64,000 nucleotides of DNA from Rhynchopus sp. YZ270_cl-10 (Eukaryota): positions 1,612,001-1,676,000 of the forward strand of contig OZ037843.1 of the NCBI GenBank assembly GCA_964035575.1, read 5' to 3'. The translations under genes were made by a program, and so were the position numbers. Shown here piece by piece: positions 1 through 12,589 of the stretch. Numbering within the stretch: position 1 is the first letter of the stretch; each line of letters begins with the position of its first letter. The notes beneath the pieces were generated by a model, which was not told where the DNA came from, searched no databases, and saw only the letters and a list, made by a program, of their open reading frames with translations.

Positions 1-62
1 CAAGGAAAGAAAAGCAAGTTCTTTTCACATTTTTCTGCAACAAAAAATGATTGGGTGTTTCG

Positions 63-169
63 TACCGTAATCGTAAAAAATTCTGGGACGTAACAAAACT
101 GGGACATTTTGGATTTTTTTTTTTAAACTTGGGACATTTTTACGTCCCAGAATATTTACGATTACGGTA
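63..169. mobile_element. Short TA-flanked MITE (TIR TACCGTAATCGTAA), Tc1/mariner-pogo-like
   Basis: taccgtaatcgtaaaaaattctgggacgtaa at 63 is the reverse complement of ttacgtcccagaatatttacgattacggta ending at 169. The same TIR occurs at 16898/18516, with a relative at ~47081-47188. Confidence 0.8.
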
Positions 170-610
170 AGACTATCCTTTGTATTTCCTCTTAATGCAA
201 ACCATATGAAACTATATTTTTTTTTGTTACTGCTTTCATCTGGATGGCTGGCATCGTACAGTGGGTCAGTCTGAGGTGCCTGCATCAACAACTACAGTTT
301 TTTTTTTGTCTTTCCCACAGAATAGAGATGACAATATAATTGGATAAAAATGGCTACGTCTTTGTTTAGGGAAGGTGCTTTGTTCATACAAAATGGTGTT
401 TTGTTTGGTTGTCCAGATAGCCTTCTCACATACCATTAAACGAGCAGGCGCGTAAAACCCAAGTTCATCGTACCAACTTTTTCCTTATATGTGTGTGCAC
501 GAAAGGCACATCCAACGTACAACGTTTTCCCCTTTCCTTTCTCCAAGGTGGCTAAGCACGAGATGTTTTAGGTTAATCTCATTTTTCTTTCTTTCCCCCC
601 CTTCTTATTA

Positions 611-1015
611 GGGCACGGTAATTTTTATTTTTGGTAAGCGTCTGCGTGCGTACTTTTTTTTTGAGATTCCAGGGAAAAAAATTATGTAGAAAAAAAAATT
701 ATAAAGGGGGGCCCTCAATAACTCAACTATGTATTTTAGGTAAAAAATGTACATTTTTCAGCGCAAATTGACCCCATCACAGCACACACAGACTCCCGAG
801 AGCCGAAATCAAAAAAAATTTCCCCCGATTTTTTGTGGGCAAAAATTGGTGGGAAAATATTTTTGGTACCTGTATTTCCCCCACTGTAATTTTCCTCTAT
901 AATTTTTTTCACCACTCATAATTTTTTTTACTGCATAATTTTTTTTTGCGTGCGTGCGTACTTTTTTTTTTGAGAAGTGGTCTGACGCTTACCAAGAAAA
1001 AAAATTACCGTGCCC
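611..1015. mobile_element. PIF/Harbinger (Tourist-like) MITE
   Basis: TIRs gggcacggtaatttt...ggtaagcgtc / gacgcttacc...aaaattaccgtgccc, with a TTA target duplication at 608-610 and 1016-1018. Confidence 0.85.
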
Positions 1016-1517
1016 TTATCTGGTTATTCTGCGCCTGTGTGGCCGTAGCAAGACAAATATTTGAATATGTGATCAAGGTGACTAAGCACGAGAGGCTTAG
1101 GGTCATCTTATGAACTTCTCTTTTTTCTTCAGGTTGGGGTTTCCAATACCCAAAATATTTACTTTTCTCTGGGATTCCTAGAAAAAAAAGTAGTCCGGGT
1201 ATTGTACTTTCGCACTGTCGTCAAAAAAAAGTTGACGGATTTCGATAATATAGGCTGACGTGGCATGCCCATTTGTCACTTTTTTACCACCCGATTTTAA
1301 ACCGACCACCACCAAGGACCTTAGGTGTCAATCAGCCTATATTTCCTCCAAAAAAAAAAGACCCCTTGGAGGGTAAGTCCTCCCTGAAGAGGATCTCGAG
1401 AGCACTGCTTCTTTTTTCTTCTTGACCAATATTTTCAAATCACATATTATTTACAACCCAGTGTCCTGCGCCCTCCGGTATACGGTGAGGCGTTTGCACT
1501 TCAAATTCTCTTTTCAA

Positions 1518-1550
<33 letters not shown>

Positions 1551-2034
1551 GAAAAATGCCCTGCTTATTTTAGCATCGAAAAAACTGAATCAATCACAGA
1601 ATAATGAACACCGTTCACGTACCAATCTGGGATCGTACTTAAGTCGAGGCTTTTTGGTTAGTTTGGCTGAGTATGGTTCTGTGTAGTACAGGGCGGAAAG
1701 TGAAATACATGGACGCTGTCCACTTCCCCTTTCTTCACCCCGATTTGTTTCCCCGTTTTTTTTTTTATTGTTTATTTTTTTGTGGATCCTGAGGTATCAT
1801 TTTTTAAAAAAGGAGAGAAAATACCATCAGCGATTAACAGTGAAAAACGTGTTTTTTTTTTGTGGACAGCACGTTAGACATAGTTGGTTGCCTACGATTT
1901 TCAATTTTTTTCATTAAACTTCTTGTCAACAAAAAATGAATGTTTTTGGAATAATAAAACAAAAACAAGATGTTTGAACTTTGCTCTAGTCAACATGTGC
2001 GAGGCAAGAAGGTGAACCTGGTGTGTGTTAGGAC

Positions 2035-2333
2035 CAGGCACTCCGCTAGGTACTAAAGTTCTGTTGATTGTCAACAGAACTTTTTGAAAATGGGGAAAAA
2101 AAGAAAAAAAAAAAAAGTTCTGCTAAGTGGTTCAGACCCGTACTACCTGCCAAAAAATGCTCAGGAGAAGAAGATATGGAGAGGTGAGTGCTCAAACGTC
2201 CCAAAAAAGTCAAAATCGGGCGTTGGTAAAAAAAAAAGTTGCGTACCGTGCGCCTGCGGCGCAAGCATGTACCCCACCAACGTGGACCATCAACAGAATA
2301 TTTTCAAAATCGGAAATCCTAGCGGAGAGCCTG
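2035..2333. mobile_element. hAT-type MITE
   Basis: TIRs caggcactccgctagg / cctagcggagagcctg, with a perfect 8-bp TSD GTTAGGAC at 2027-2034 and 2334-2341. Confidence 0.85.
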
Positions 2334-2627
2334 GTTAGGACACCTTAAAAAAAAACAAAACAATACAAAATACAGCTCAACACCCATATCAAAGTAAAAC
2401 AAAAAAAAGCACAAAAAAAATGAAATGTGGAGCTCATCCTCGGGTGTCTACACCACTAATACAACCAAATCTTCAAAAAAAAAGACATCGCCATTCTTGT
2501 TATCCCCTTTTTCGCTTCCTTCTTCTGACCACCTCACACCCACAGGTTGTGTTCTTTTACACTACGGCTTTGTCTCCCGCTAAAGTCGAACTTAATTACC
2601 TTTTATTCACATTTTTTTTTGTCAACA

Positions 2628-5135
2628 ATGCCGTCTCCTGTGTTCTTCGCGTACTTCCGCCGTGCGCTGCTGACGTTCATCTTTGTTGTGATCGGGATGG
2701 CTCTGTACCTGGGACATGAGACTGACGCTGCTGTGCATACTGTGCATCTGCTTGTCCTTTCGACGACGGCGTACCTGATGGGTGAGCGTGCGGCGGGGAC
2801 AAGCGGCGACCGCTTCTCGCTGACGGACGTGCTGGTGTGGGTGGTGTACCTTGCTGTGCTGTTCTTTGTCTTGGTCACGTCCACACTCCTGACGGTGGAC
2901 AAGCCGTACATCACGCTGTGCAACCTGGGGATCTACTCATGCGCTGTGTTCTACACGGGAGGGAAGGTTGCTCTTGTGACGCTGTTGGTGGAGCGCCTCC
3001 GCATTCTGCGTGATGCCTCGCGTGACGCACCGCTCTCGAGGTGGAAGGACCGGCATTGGATGGTGATGATGGGCTTCATGCTGCCGTACATTGTGAGCGG
3101 GTTGCTCCTTGTGACGAATGTAGAGGCTGTCATCAGTGAGACGCACACATGCTTCCTCGCGTTGAAGCAACGTGCCACTTACGCAGTGTTGACGTACAAC
3201 ACGTTCTTCTCTGTCATCATCTCGGGATGCTTCTTCTGGGAGATCTTGAAGCTGCAGCGCCAAGGCAGTGTCATGATGCTGCGCGTGAGCGTCAGGGGCA
3301 TCAGTCCAACAGGGTCGGCCTTCTCGTGTCTGCTCTACCTCGCCTTCAGCACAATGAACGTAGGTTCCTTCGTCTTCAATGATCATCAGCACTACCGCAC
3401 CTGTCTGACGCTGTGTGTGCTGGATTTGTGGGTGGGCATGTTCGTGACAGACTACATGTCAGGGCTGGTGGCAGACATAGAGAAGGTGCGCACAGACGCG
3501 GAGGAGGCAATGGACGCAATCGCCGTGATGGAGCTGGACAGACTGGAGCATCTGGAGCGTGAGCCAACGTCGCGTGTGCAGGCGTCGCTTGCGCGCATCA
3601 TCGGCCTGCTGCGGGACATCAAGCAGTTCATCCCAAGCACGTACCTTGCGTCGCTCAAGGCAGACAGCGAAGATGGGATTGAGGACGACACGCACCGCGT
3701 CACACTGACACGCACAGATGCACCTGGGGCAGTGTCTGGCCGTGCTGCCATTGTTTTCACAGACATTGTGTCGTCGACACAGCTGTGGGAGGCCTGTCCT
3801 GAGGGCATGGCGAAGGGCATGCGTCTGCACAACAAGACCGTCCGCGACTGCATTGCTGAGATGAACGGGTACGAGGTGAAGACGATTGGGGATTCCTTCA
3901 TGGTGTCCTTCGACACGTCGCACGAGGCAGTCAGCTTTGGTGTGCTTGTGCAGGAGCGGATGTACGGGCTCACGTGGCCACAGGAGCTTATTGAGGTGTC
4001 TTCACCACGGGGCAGCCATGAACGAGAAGTCGGCATGCAGCTGCGCATCGGTGCGAACTTTGGTGATGTCCGTGTGGAGTTCAATGGCATCACAGGACGT
4101 GCAGACTACTTCGGCCCCACGGTGAACGTTGCAGCACGCATTGAGTCACGTTGTGTTGCTGGGTCGGTGGCGATTCCTGAGGGCATGTACCGCGAGTGGG
4201 AGGGTGTGCAGGACGACGCTGCTGCGGGCATCGGCATGGGCACCACGGAGCTCAAGGGTGTGGCGAGGACAGTGGCGCTTGTTGCTGTCGTGCCTGCAGC
4301 GCTGCCGTGGCGTGAGAAGGACGTCTTGACGGTGCTGCGGCAGTATGCTCCGGCAGCCTGTGAGGACGCTGTGAAGAGTCCCAACAACTGCCTCGTCACT
4401 AAAGCATGCCTTCCCGACATGTGCGGCAAAGCAGCCACACTGGCACGCATTGAGCTGCGTTTCAATGAAGCAGAAACCCTTACAGACCCGATAACCACGT
4501 TGAACGATAAGATCAGCAAAGTAATCAGCTGCCTGGAACGGACAGAAGGCTCCGTCACAGCCCTCTTCGGGTCGCACGTGATTGCGGGTTGGAACACATC
4601 ACGTCGGAACATGAACCACGTGCAAAGCTCCTTCGTGTTTTGCCAGATGCTGCACAAGTCGACAATGTGGGCCTACTCAGACGGTCCTGTGTTTGTCGGG
4701 CTGTGCACGGGCACAGTGTACGCAGCGACACTGGGTGCAGCAGGACAGCGCTTCATGACAAGCATTGGCGCGTGCCTGGGGATGGCAGGACACGTGCTGC
4801 ACCAGAGCATCAACCACAGGGTGTTTGCGCTGTACTGCACACTTCTCGACACACCTGTGACATATTCGGCTTCGACACGTCCTGTGCTGAGGTGGGATGT
4901 GAAGCGTCTTCATAGCACAGCGACTGTTGATGTGCACGAGGTGTGCACGGAGCTGGCGGGACTGCAGAATTTAGAAGACTTTGGCGAGGAACCGAAGTGG
5001 GGCTGGACACAGGATTACTGGGTTGCTTTTGCCGAAGGGAACGAGAAGTTGATCCGAAGCAGCTGCGAGGGTGAGGACGCACTCCTACGCATGCTTGACT
5101 TTGTTGACAATGGCCCACTCGAGCTCATGTGCTGA
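2628..5135 (+). CDS. GPCR-like multi-TM receptor adenylate cyclase, paralog 1 (835 aa; 8 TM + HAMP-like linker + class III AC + degenerate cyclase domain)
   Basis: Class III AC motifs AIVFTDIVSST, YEVKTIGDSFM, LRIG and ADYFGPTVNVAARIE. About 8 hydrophobic helices lie in the first ~280 aa. The start was set at the ATG (MPSPVFF) shared by all five paralogs. Confidence 0.92.
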   Translation: MPSPVFFAYFRRALLTFIFVVIGMALYLGHETDAAVHTVHLLVLSTTAYLMGERAAGTSGDRFSLTDVLVWVVYLAVLFFVLVTSTLLTVDKPYITLCNLGIYSCAVFYTGGKVALVTLLVERLRILRDASRDAPLSRWKDRHWMVMMGFMLPYIVSGLLLVTNVEAVISETHTCFLALKQRATYAVLTYNTFFSVIISGCFFWEILKLQRQGSVMMLRVSVRGISPTGSAFSCLLYLAFSTMNVGSFVFNDHQHYRTCLTLCVLDLWVGMFVTDYMSGLVADIEKVRTDAEEAMDAIAVMELDRLEHLEREPTSRVQASLARIIGLLRDIKQFIPSTYLASLKADSEDGIEDDTHRVTLTRTDAPGAVSGRAAIVFTDIVSSTQLWEACPEGMAKGMRLHNKTVRDCIAEMNGYEVKTIGDSFMVSFDTSHEAVSFGVLVQERMYGLTWPQELIEVSSPRGSHEREVGMQLRIGANFGDVRVEFNGITGRADYFGPTVNVAARIESRCVAGSVAIPEGMYREWEGVQDDAAAGIGMGTTELKGVARTVALVAVVPAALPWREKDVLTVLRQYAPAACEDAVKSPNNCLVTKACLPDMCGKAATLARIELRFNEAETLTDPITTLNDKISKVISCLERTEGSVTALFGSHVIAGWNTSRRNMNHVQSSFVFCQMLHKSTMWAYSDGPVFVGLCTGTVYAATLGAAGQRFMTSIGACLGMAGHVLHQSINHRVFALYCTLLDTPVTYSASTRPVLRWDVKRLHSTATVDVHEVCTELAGLQNLEDFGEEPKWGWTQDYWVAFAEGNEKLIRSSCEGEDALLRMLDFVDNGPLELMC

Positions 5136-6210
5136 TGCGAGCGCCCCTTGTCTGTGACAGTGTTCATCTGCAAAGTGGCAGGTGGTCGTGCTGTTCTGTT
5201 CCTTTTGTATTGTCGCAGAACGTAATTTATAAACGTTATACACCCGTCCCCTTTTCAGGTGACTACTCAAGCCTAAGGGTCTTAGAGGCATAGTACTTAA
5301 CTTTGCGTCTTTTCTTTTTTGATAAAATAATTGAATGATTCAATCTTTCTTTCTAATATTTATGCGCAAGGCATAACCCTTATAAACATGAGAATATAGT
5401 TGTGGGCTCTTACGGCTTTTGCCCGAACTGCGAAGTTCACCAACTGTGTCTTCTTGTTTGTTTTGTTCTTGCTGTAGTTTTACGGTTTCACACACCAGGA
5501 ACGGAGGGAGGGGGGACGGTTTCCCTTTTCTTTTCTCTCTCGGATACGCTGACTGTGTGCATGTATTTCCCCCTTATGTGGTAATTAATCCTCGTGGGGT
5601 TTGTTTATGATTGTGTTCCTTATCTTTTTTTTGTGTTTTGTATTTAATTACTCCAGTGCCAGCGTCCGGAGATGAGCGGTGGGGCGTTTTTGCACTTTCC
5701 ACTTCTCTCTCTCTCTCTCTTTCTTCTTTTTTTTTGTCCCGATCCCTAATTGCTTCGTGGTAGCCCCAAGGGAAGAAACCCTTCTTCAGAAGCCAGGTAG
5801 CGCATGCTGCTCCCCACCCCCCTCTACACTGTCCACGTAGATCCCCCCCACTACGTAAGGAGTCATCGCTCTCCCAAATCAAAAAGCATTTAGATGGCAT
5901 ATGCGCGTTTACGAACTGGGCCACTGATCGCCTTTAGGGATTGCTCTTTGTTGGTTTTCGCAACATTCGTGCTCACAAGCCGTCTTTTGGTTTTTTGTTC
6001 CCTGCCACGAGAGTACTCATATTATTTGAACAAGATATACAACAAAAAAGCTTGCGTTTCTGTTATCCCTAGTTTCGACAGCGAAACGTTTCCCCATGTA
6101 TTGCATGGGTGGTTCCGTGCATATCATAGAACCTGGCACCTTGTGTGTCTTCAAAAACTAAAAGCGTTTTGTGTAGTTTTGAAGGAAGGAAAAATAAAAT
6201 CTCTGTACAC

Positions 6211-7300
6211 TGGTGCTTCCCGGGGGGTGTGCATTTCACAAATTTTCACAAAATGTGACAAGTTTTCACAAATTTTCACCACACGAAAACTGCTACAAAA
6301 TTGTGAAGGCTGGCGAAAAGTGGTGAAAAAATGTGAAAAAATGTGAAAAGTTGTGAATAGTTGTGAAAAGTTGTGAATTGATTTTTTTTTGGGGTATGCG
6401 GGACTTCCCCTAGTCCTCAGGGTCTAAACGCCCCTGCCCTCTTTTATGCAAGTTCACCCTGGCAGGGTATATAAATGCTGGGTCAGGCTGGCCCCCCTAT
6501 GCTATGATGGGTGCTCGCACCCGGAGCATAAATGGCCAGCGGTCAGGCCAGAGTCGCTCTACGGAGTCTCTCTGCCACGCCTTTGGGTTACGGTGTGCTG
6601 CCTGTAAGGACGTCCATGTATATCCCTAAGAGAACGGGTGAGGCCCAACTGTCGGGTCAGCATGGGGCGCCAAGAGAGAGATGTTGTGACCCCCCCGCCC
6701 ACCCCTTTTTGTGTTTTTGGGTTTCTGCTCTCTTGTGTAGACTATCGTGCATCAAGCGTTGGGTGCAGCGAACTGCAGTACCTGTAAGCTCACAACTCTT
6801 CAACGGAAGGTGGGCCGCCGGCTGTCGAGCGGTTGTGTACCGCCCTCGTTCTCTTACGGTACGGGCCAGTCATTAGGTTTCCTTTTTACATCTTCTGTTG
6901 TTGGCCGCAGGGTACTTGTGCTTTCATCCGGATGGCTGGCATCGTACGTGGGTCAGTCGGAGGTGCCTGCATTAATAACTTCACTTTTTTTTTTGTGAGT
7001 GCTTTTTTTTTGGGCGGGTGGTGACCCACCCATTGAGGGGCACGCTGGGATTCACAAGATAGAACGTGATGTGGTGTACCAGTGTACCTGTGTACTGTGT
7101 GATGTGCGGAAATGACGAGAACTTGTCCATTTCGGCAAATTGACCCCACCACTGGCCGGACGGATTCCGGAAATGCAAATGCCGGCGTTTAAAAGCTTCA
7201 CCAACGAGAGAAAAAAGGGTAGTGAAAAGTTGTGAATAGTTGTGAAAAGTTGTGAATTGAATTGAAAATTTGTGAAATGCATACCCCCCGGGAAGCACCA
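6211..7300. mobile_element. Non-autonomous TIR element with ~40-bp TIRs and internal (TTGTGAA)-type repeats
   Basis: tggtgcttcccggggggtgtgcatttcacaaattttca / tgaaaatttgtgaaatgcataccccccgggaagcacca. The TSD is not clear. A partial relative lies at ~45860-45917. Confidence 0.7.
6895..6979 (+). repeat. Dispersed hairpin-forming repeat family A (copies ~231-292, 6895-6979, 38907-38999, 44665-44718, 49415-49508)
   Basis: Shared core catccggatggctggcatcgtac(a)gtgggtcagtcggaggtgcctgcat. All five copies are on the + strand. Confidence 0.85.
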
Positions 7301-8021
7301 TACAGAAGACTTATTCAGGGAAGTTCCTAAGTGGGACCGAGAACATGAAATTCTGGATTTTAGTTTTTTTTTCCTTTTTTTTCCTTTTTTCCTTGGGGGG
7401 CTTTCTTGTGGTTTCTGGTGGGTTTCACTGTAGGTGACACACCACCAGTGTGGTGAAATGGTCGAAACTCTCAAAAGCAAGAGTTTTCAGGGGGCAAGAA
7501 AAAAAAATTGACACCAAAATCCTGCACCATCCAGGGCTGTATCCCCAATTTTTTTTGCCTGCGGCGCCATTTTTCATTTTTTGCTCTGCAAAAAAGGGTC
7601 CGTTGGAAGCTAGATTTTTACACCGTACCCAAATTTTTTTGCCTGCGGCGCCATTTATATTATTTTTTTGCTCCGCAAAAAGAGAAGTGCAAACGCCTCA
7701 CCGTTCATCGGCGGAAGCACTGGTTCCACGGGTTATCGAACTTTAGAGAGCACTTCATTGGCATGCACACGGTTACCACGAGGGAGCGTACATGCAGGTA
7801 CAAAATCACTGCCCCATCCAAATAATATTCCCAACGTCTTTGGGGCCCCTTGCATTTTGCAGCCAAAATACAACTAGACCAAAGCTGCAAAAAGTTCCGA
7901 GTGCGTGTAGCGCGCCCGGGTTTGGGACCCCTTTTTGAATTTCGAGGGGCGGTTAAAGTGGGCCCAGAATCACAGTTCTGACACTCATTTAGCATTGTGA
8001 GCAACGCACTAGTTGTCGTAA

Positions 8022-9280
8022 GGGCAAACAAATTTTTCGTTTGCGTTCGCGTCCTAAGGGTACCCAGAAAAACCTAGGCAGGCAGGCAAAAAAAAGTTTG
8101 TTTCAAAAAAAAGGTTTTTTCAAAATGTGCTTGCTGAACCCGGGAGTTGACCCTCCGGAGTCGGTTTTTTCTCTTTTTTTTTTTCCTGTTGACACTGGTT
8201 TTGACTATTTTCTCATATTTCCCAAAATGGAACCACCTAAAGTTATATTATAAAATAGCAGGTGAGCACTTTTTCCCTCGGATGAGTACCCAGGCCACAG
8301 GCCACAGTACAGTGGTGCTGGTGAAGCTTTTAACGCCGGCATTTGCATTTTCGGAATCCGTCCGTCCAGTGGTGGGGTCGATTTGCTGAAATGGACAAGT
8401 TCTCGTTTTTGATCAATTTCCTCACAGTATACACAGTATACACAGTATACACAGTATACACAGTATACACAGTATACACAGTATACACAGTATACACAGT
8501 ATACACAGTATACACAGTATACACAGTATACACAGTATACACAGACGGAAATTTCCCAGGGTCGGGAGATGAGCAGGGGAGGGAAGAATGTTAACTCACA
8601 GCCCAGGGTGTCTCCTAATTCTGGAAATTTTTCAAAATTCCGACATCCGGAAGCAATTTTTTTCCCTGGAAAAAAAGTGGGTTTGCAGCCCCAAAACATA
8701 CTGCGATTGGCATTTCCGGAATCCGTCCGCGCTGTGGTGGGGTCACTTTGCCGAAATAGCCAAGTTCTTGGTTTTGGACAAAATGAGTGTAAGGTAAAGG
8801 GGGTAGGTAAATACCACAACCCAGATTTTCTCCCTGATCCTGAAAACATGAAAATGCCCGAAAACACCGGCATTTGCATTTTCGGAATCCGTCCGGCCAG
8901 TGGTGGGGTCAATTTGCCAAAATGGACAAGTTCTTGCTTGTGGTCAAAACCCGTCAGCGTAACGTAAAGGGGGCCAAGTGTTTGCCTGTAGAAACTGGTA
9001 GGAACAGACAGCGCCGCAGGCGCACGGTACCCAACATACTTTTTTCGGGAAAATACCAAAACATAAGCACTTTAAACACGTCCCTAATTTTTCCGCAAAC
9101 TTTTTCCCTGGCAATTTTTTTCCAAAGACCGGAAGCGGAAGCAAATTAGGAAACACCCTGACACAGCCCCAACACAAAAAAATTGAAAAAAACTTTTTTT
9201 CAAAAAAACTTTTTCCCCCAAAAATCTCAAAAAAACCTTGGCAGGCAGGACGCGAACGCATAAAAAAAGTTTGTTTGCCC
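8022..9280. mobile_element. Non-autonomous PIF/Harbinger-like element
   Basis: TIRs gggcaaacaaattttt..ttgcgttcgcgtcct / aggacgcgaacgcat..aaaagtttgtttgccc, with a TAA TSD at 8019-8021 and 9281-9283. Confidence 0.8.
8423..8544. repeat. Tandem 9-mer (CACAGTATA)x13
   Basis: Perfect tandem array inside the Harbinger-like element. Confidence 0.97.
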
Positions 9281-9484
9281 TAACCAAAATTTGTATCAAT
9301 CAAGAACTTGTCCATTTTATCGAAATGACCCCACTACAGTGAGGGTAGAGCTCGGAAAGCCCGAAAAAGGGCAAAAAACCCCACCCAAAAAAAGGAAAAA
9401 AACGGGAACATAAATCCAGAATTTTGCTGTTTTTTCCGAGAACAAGGGGCAACCCTGGACTTATTGCTGCTTTTATTTTCAAAA

Positions 9485-9704
9485 TGCCGACCCTCCCCCG
9501 TGAAATTGTCCCCCCTGGGGAAAAAGTGAGGGGGGGACAATTTCTCGTACTGTAGGGGGGTGGCCGTTTTGGTGTGAAGAAGGGAGAGCAAAGGTTGTCC
9601 CCGCGACTCCCTTGAAATTGTCCCCCCCTGCCTTGAAATTGTCCGTGGGGGCAAAATACCGGGTTTTTTTTTGGGGGGGGCAATTTCACGGGGGAGGGTC
9701 GGTA
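9485..9704. mobile_element. Short MITE
   Basis: Inverted termini ccgaccctcccccgtgaaattg / caatttcacgggggagggtcgg(ta). Confidence 0.75.
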
Positions 9705-9875
9705 GAATAAATGAACAAAAGCGGAACTTTCGATTCAGAGCGACGATCAGAAATGATTGCACGCCTTTTCGCACAAAGGTCCGTAGAGGTGGGAGACGTG
9801 GTTTGTACCTTCCGGCGCCACGACTCTTCCACAGGAACTGCTCCACCATTGTTTTGTTTTGTTTTTATCTGTTTA

Positions 9876-11571
9876 GGAGGTACCCTAACTGTTCGGTCCA
9901 ATTCGGTGTAATTCGGTCCATTTCGTTTTTTTTTTTTTTCGCAAAGGGAAATTTCCCCTTGTACCAGAAAAACCGAAAAAAACGAAATGAAAACCGAAAA
10001 AAACCGAAATGTTAGGGTACCTTTTTTGGTCGATTTCGTTTTTTTTCCAAAGGGGGGACCAAGGGGGCGACCAAAGGGTGGGGCCCTTTGGTCGCCGAAA
10101 TTCCCCAGCCAAATTTGGTCGCAAAATCGGCCGATTTTTCAAAAATCTCAAAAAAAAAAAAATTTTTTTTTTTTCACAAGTGTTTTTGAGGCCTGCTCAC
10201 TACACCCTAGGTACCCTTCTGAGACCAAAAAGTCAAAAAAAGCATGAATTGGGCTGTTTTGAGCATCTAGAGTTTATTCCCCAGCCATTTTCTGTACCAC
10301 CAGTGCACTTTGTATGGGCCAGCGCCTTGTCAAAAAATCGAAAAATCTCAAAAAAAAAATTTTTTTTTTCGGGAAAATTTCGACCACTGAGGTGGGTCTT
10401 TGGGCACCAAAAAATGCAAAAAAATGCAAAAATCGGGTGTTTTGACCATCTGTGGTTACACAAAACACACTTCTGTGTACAAGCCTACACCAATACAGTG
10501 GTAATACAAGGCGATTTTTGACCAAAAAAAAATATTTTTTTTCGCCCAAAATCGGGCGTGGTACGTCATAAAATGGCCCAAAAAATCCAAGGAAAACCTT
10601 CGATTGGGCAAATTATGAAAAAAATTTTCAAGTCAAATTTTCAACCAAAATACGGTCATTTTGTTCACACAGTGATTCTACGTCATGCTAGCTTCCTGTG
10701 CAGAACTCCAGCAATTCACCAATGCCGGCATCTATCTTTCCATTATCGCCATTGCACTTCGTGTGTTACCAACGTGCTCAAGAAATGGCGTGCTGTCACA
10801 CTCCAACCAGAGTATCGAACCCGTACGTACATAACGAAGATACACGAGCCCACCCAAAGGCGGAGGGTCTAGTCGAAGGCGGATGAGCTAGCCCAATCCG
10901 GACGAGCGAGCCTCAATCTAGACGAGCGAGCCTCATAAAGCACAGCAGCTCCAATCTGACGGGGAACTTCGAGCCTCTAAGCCCAGAGAAAGAACCTGGC
11001 CACCGGAGGGCCCTAACGGCCCGACGAGGAGGCGCCCCATAGGGCGCTGGGGCCAAGGGACTTAAGTCGCCCTAACGCTTCGCTAAGTACCTGGAAAAAT
11101 CCCCAAGGAAAAAAGTGGAAAAAAAAGTGTCTCAAAATTGACATCTATTTTTTGACCTTTTTGCTGGGTAGGTTTGGGTCGGTCCGACCTGACCCTACTG
11201 AGTCGGTTTAAGTCGGATTGGTAGCCTTGTCCCCTATCATCTCCCCTCTTCCCCCTTTTAATACAAGGGCAGTCTCGTGACTATGTAACCTACAAAACCA
11301 CCATTTAACCATCTAAGCACCCTCAACCCTCATCCACACAGATTCGCCTCCTTAAACCTGCAAACCTGCAAACTTGCAAACCTGCAAACCTGCAAACACC
11401 TCAGAGGGCAAGGCCCGCAAACCCTTATTCCAATGGAAGAATTTTTCAAAAATTCTCTACACTTCCTATGACTGGACCCAACTCCCCTCACTATTTTTTC
11501 CCTAAAAAAGCCCCCAAAATTCCTACCATTTTTACCATTTTTACCATTTTTGACCAATTTAGGGTACCTCC
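9876..11571. mobile_element. Non-autonomous PIF/Harbinger-like element (~1.7 kb)
   Basis: TIRs ggaggtaccctaa / ttagggtacctcc, with a TTA TSD at 9873-9875 and 11572-11574. No transposase ORF is present. Confidence 0.75.
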
Positions 11572-12589
11572 TTAGAACGTCTTTTTTTGGCACTTTCTCT
11601 TCTTTAATTTGAAAGTGCTAACTAATTGTTTGCATTTGCTCTCTCCTTGATGTGTAGTGTTCTACTTTCGCATCACTCCCACCGCACCACTATGTATGCG
11701 CTGCAATGAAAAGGGGCTTTGCAACCGGTGGCGGGGGATTTTGTTATGTCTCTGTGCTCTTACGGTACGGAGCATTCACGTCCCCACCCTTTGCATGAGC
11801 TCGGCTGAGATGCGTTTTAACAAGTTTCAACTCCCTCTTTATTTTTTTTTTTTGAATATACGAGAATCGTCGTATAAAAGTAAAACTCTGCTTTCAGAGA
11901 GATGCTTGCCGAATTACTCCCCAGACTCATTCACTCAGGGACACTAATTTGAGCGATCAACGAAAAAAAAACTTTCTCTCTTTTTTTCCTTGTTTTCGTT
12001 TCTTTTGACTGAATATCTATCTAAAAAAGGAAGAGTTTTATTTTCCGACGTAAGAAAAACCGAATGGAGTGGGAACGTAGTGAGAACACAGCGGAAACGA
12101 TAGTGGGGAATGCAGTGAGATTCCTTTTTTCATTCTCTTTTTTTTTCATAATGTTTTATTCTCCCCCTCCACAAAAATATCACAGAACAACACTCGTTTT
12201 TTTTCCTTCACAAAGCGCTTCCGTTGTTTTGTTTTTCTCAACGACACATTTTTTTTTTTTAATTTTTGGATTCGCTTTCAAACGTGAAGACCGTCCTTAG
12301 AATGAGACGTCCACACTAAGCAATCATATTATCAATTATTCCGCAGTGGGTACGTAAAATGAAAGATACACAAATGACGAGCGCTATTGTGCTGCTCTCT
12401 ATACCCCTACCCTCATCCCCCCCCTTCCAAAAAGCAATACGCGATTTACACTTCAAAAACAATTAAAAAAAAGGAAATATCAGATATTTTTTTTATCCCG
12501 CGGAGTTGGCGTTTTTTTCAACAACACCATTGTATCCACAGTTCCCGTGTTTGTTTTTTGTTTGAATTGTCACTTTTTTTTTGTCAACA

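Noticed and set aside
2547..2627. ORF-track N-terminal extensions of the cyclase, mucin-7TM (38967), transporter (47565) and 57469 ORFs
   Set aside because: They use non-ATG starts or run through pyrimidine tracts, a microsatellite or a TE terminus. Paralog comparison and sequence composition support the downstream ATGs.
2628..3460. Microbial enzyme rhodopsin (RhGC-like) identity for the 8-TM cyclases
   Set aside because: There is no DxxxK retinal motif in TM7 or RYxxW motif in TM3, three of five copies lack a TM7 Lys, and the cyclase has ATP-type specificity residues.
6390..6460. Possible HDV-like ribozyme (tag-tcctcagggt-cta)
   Set aside because: P1 has mismatches and the P1.1 GG and P2/P4 elements could not be built.
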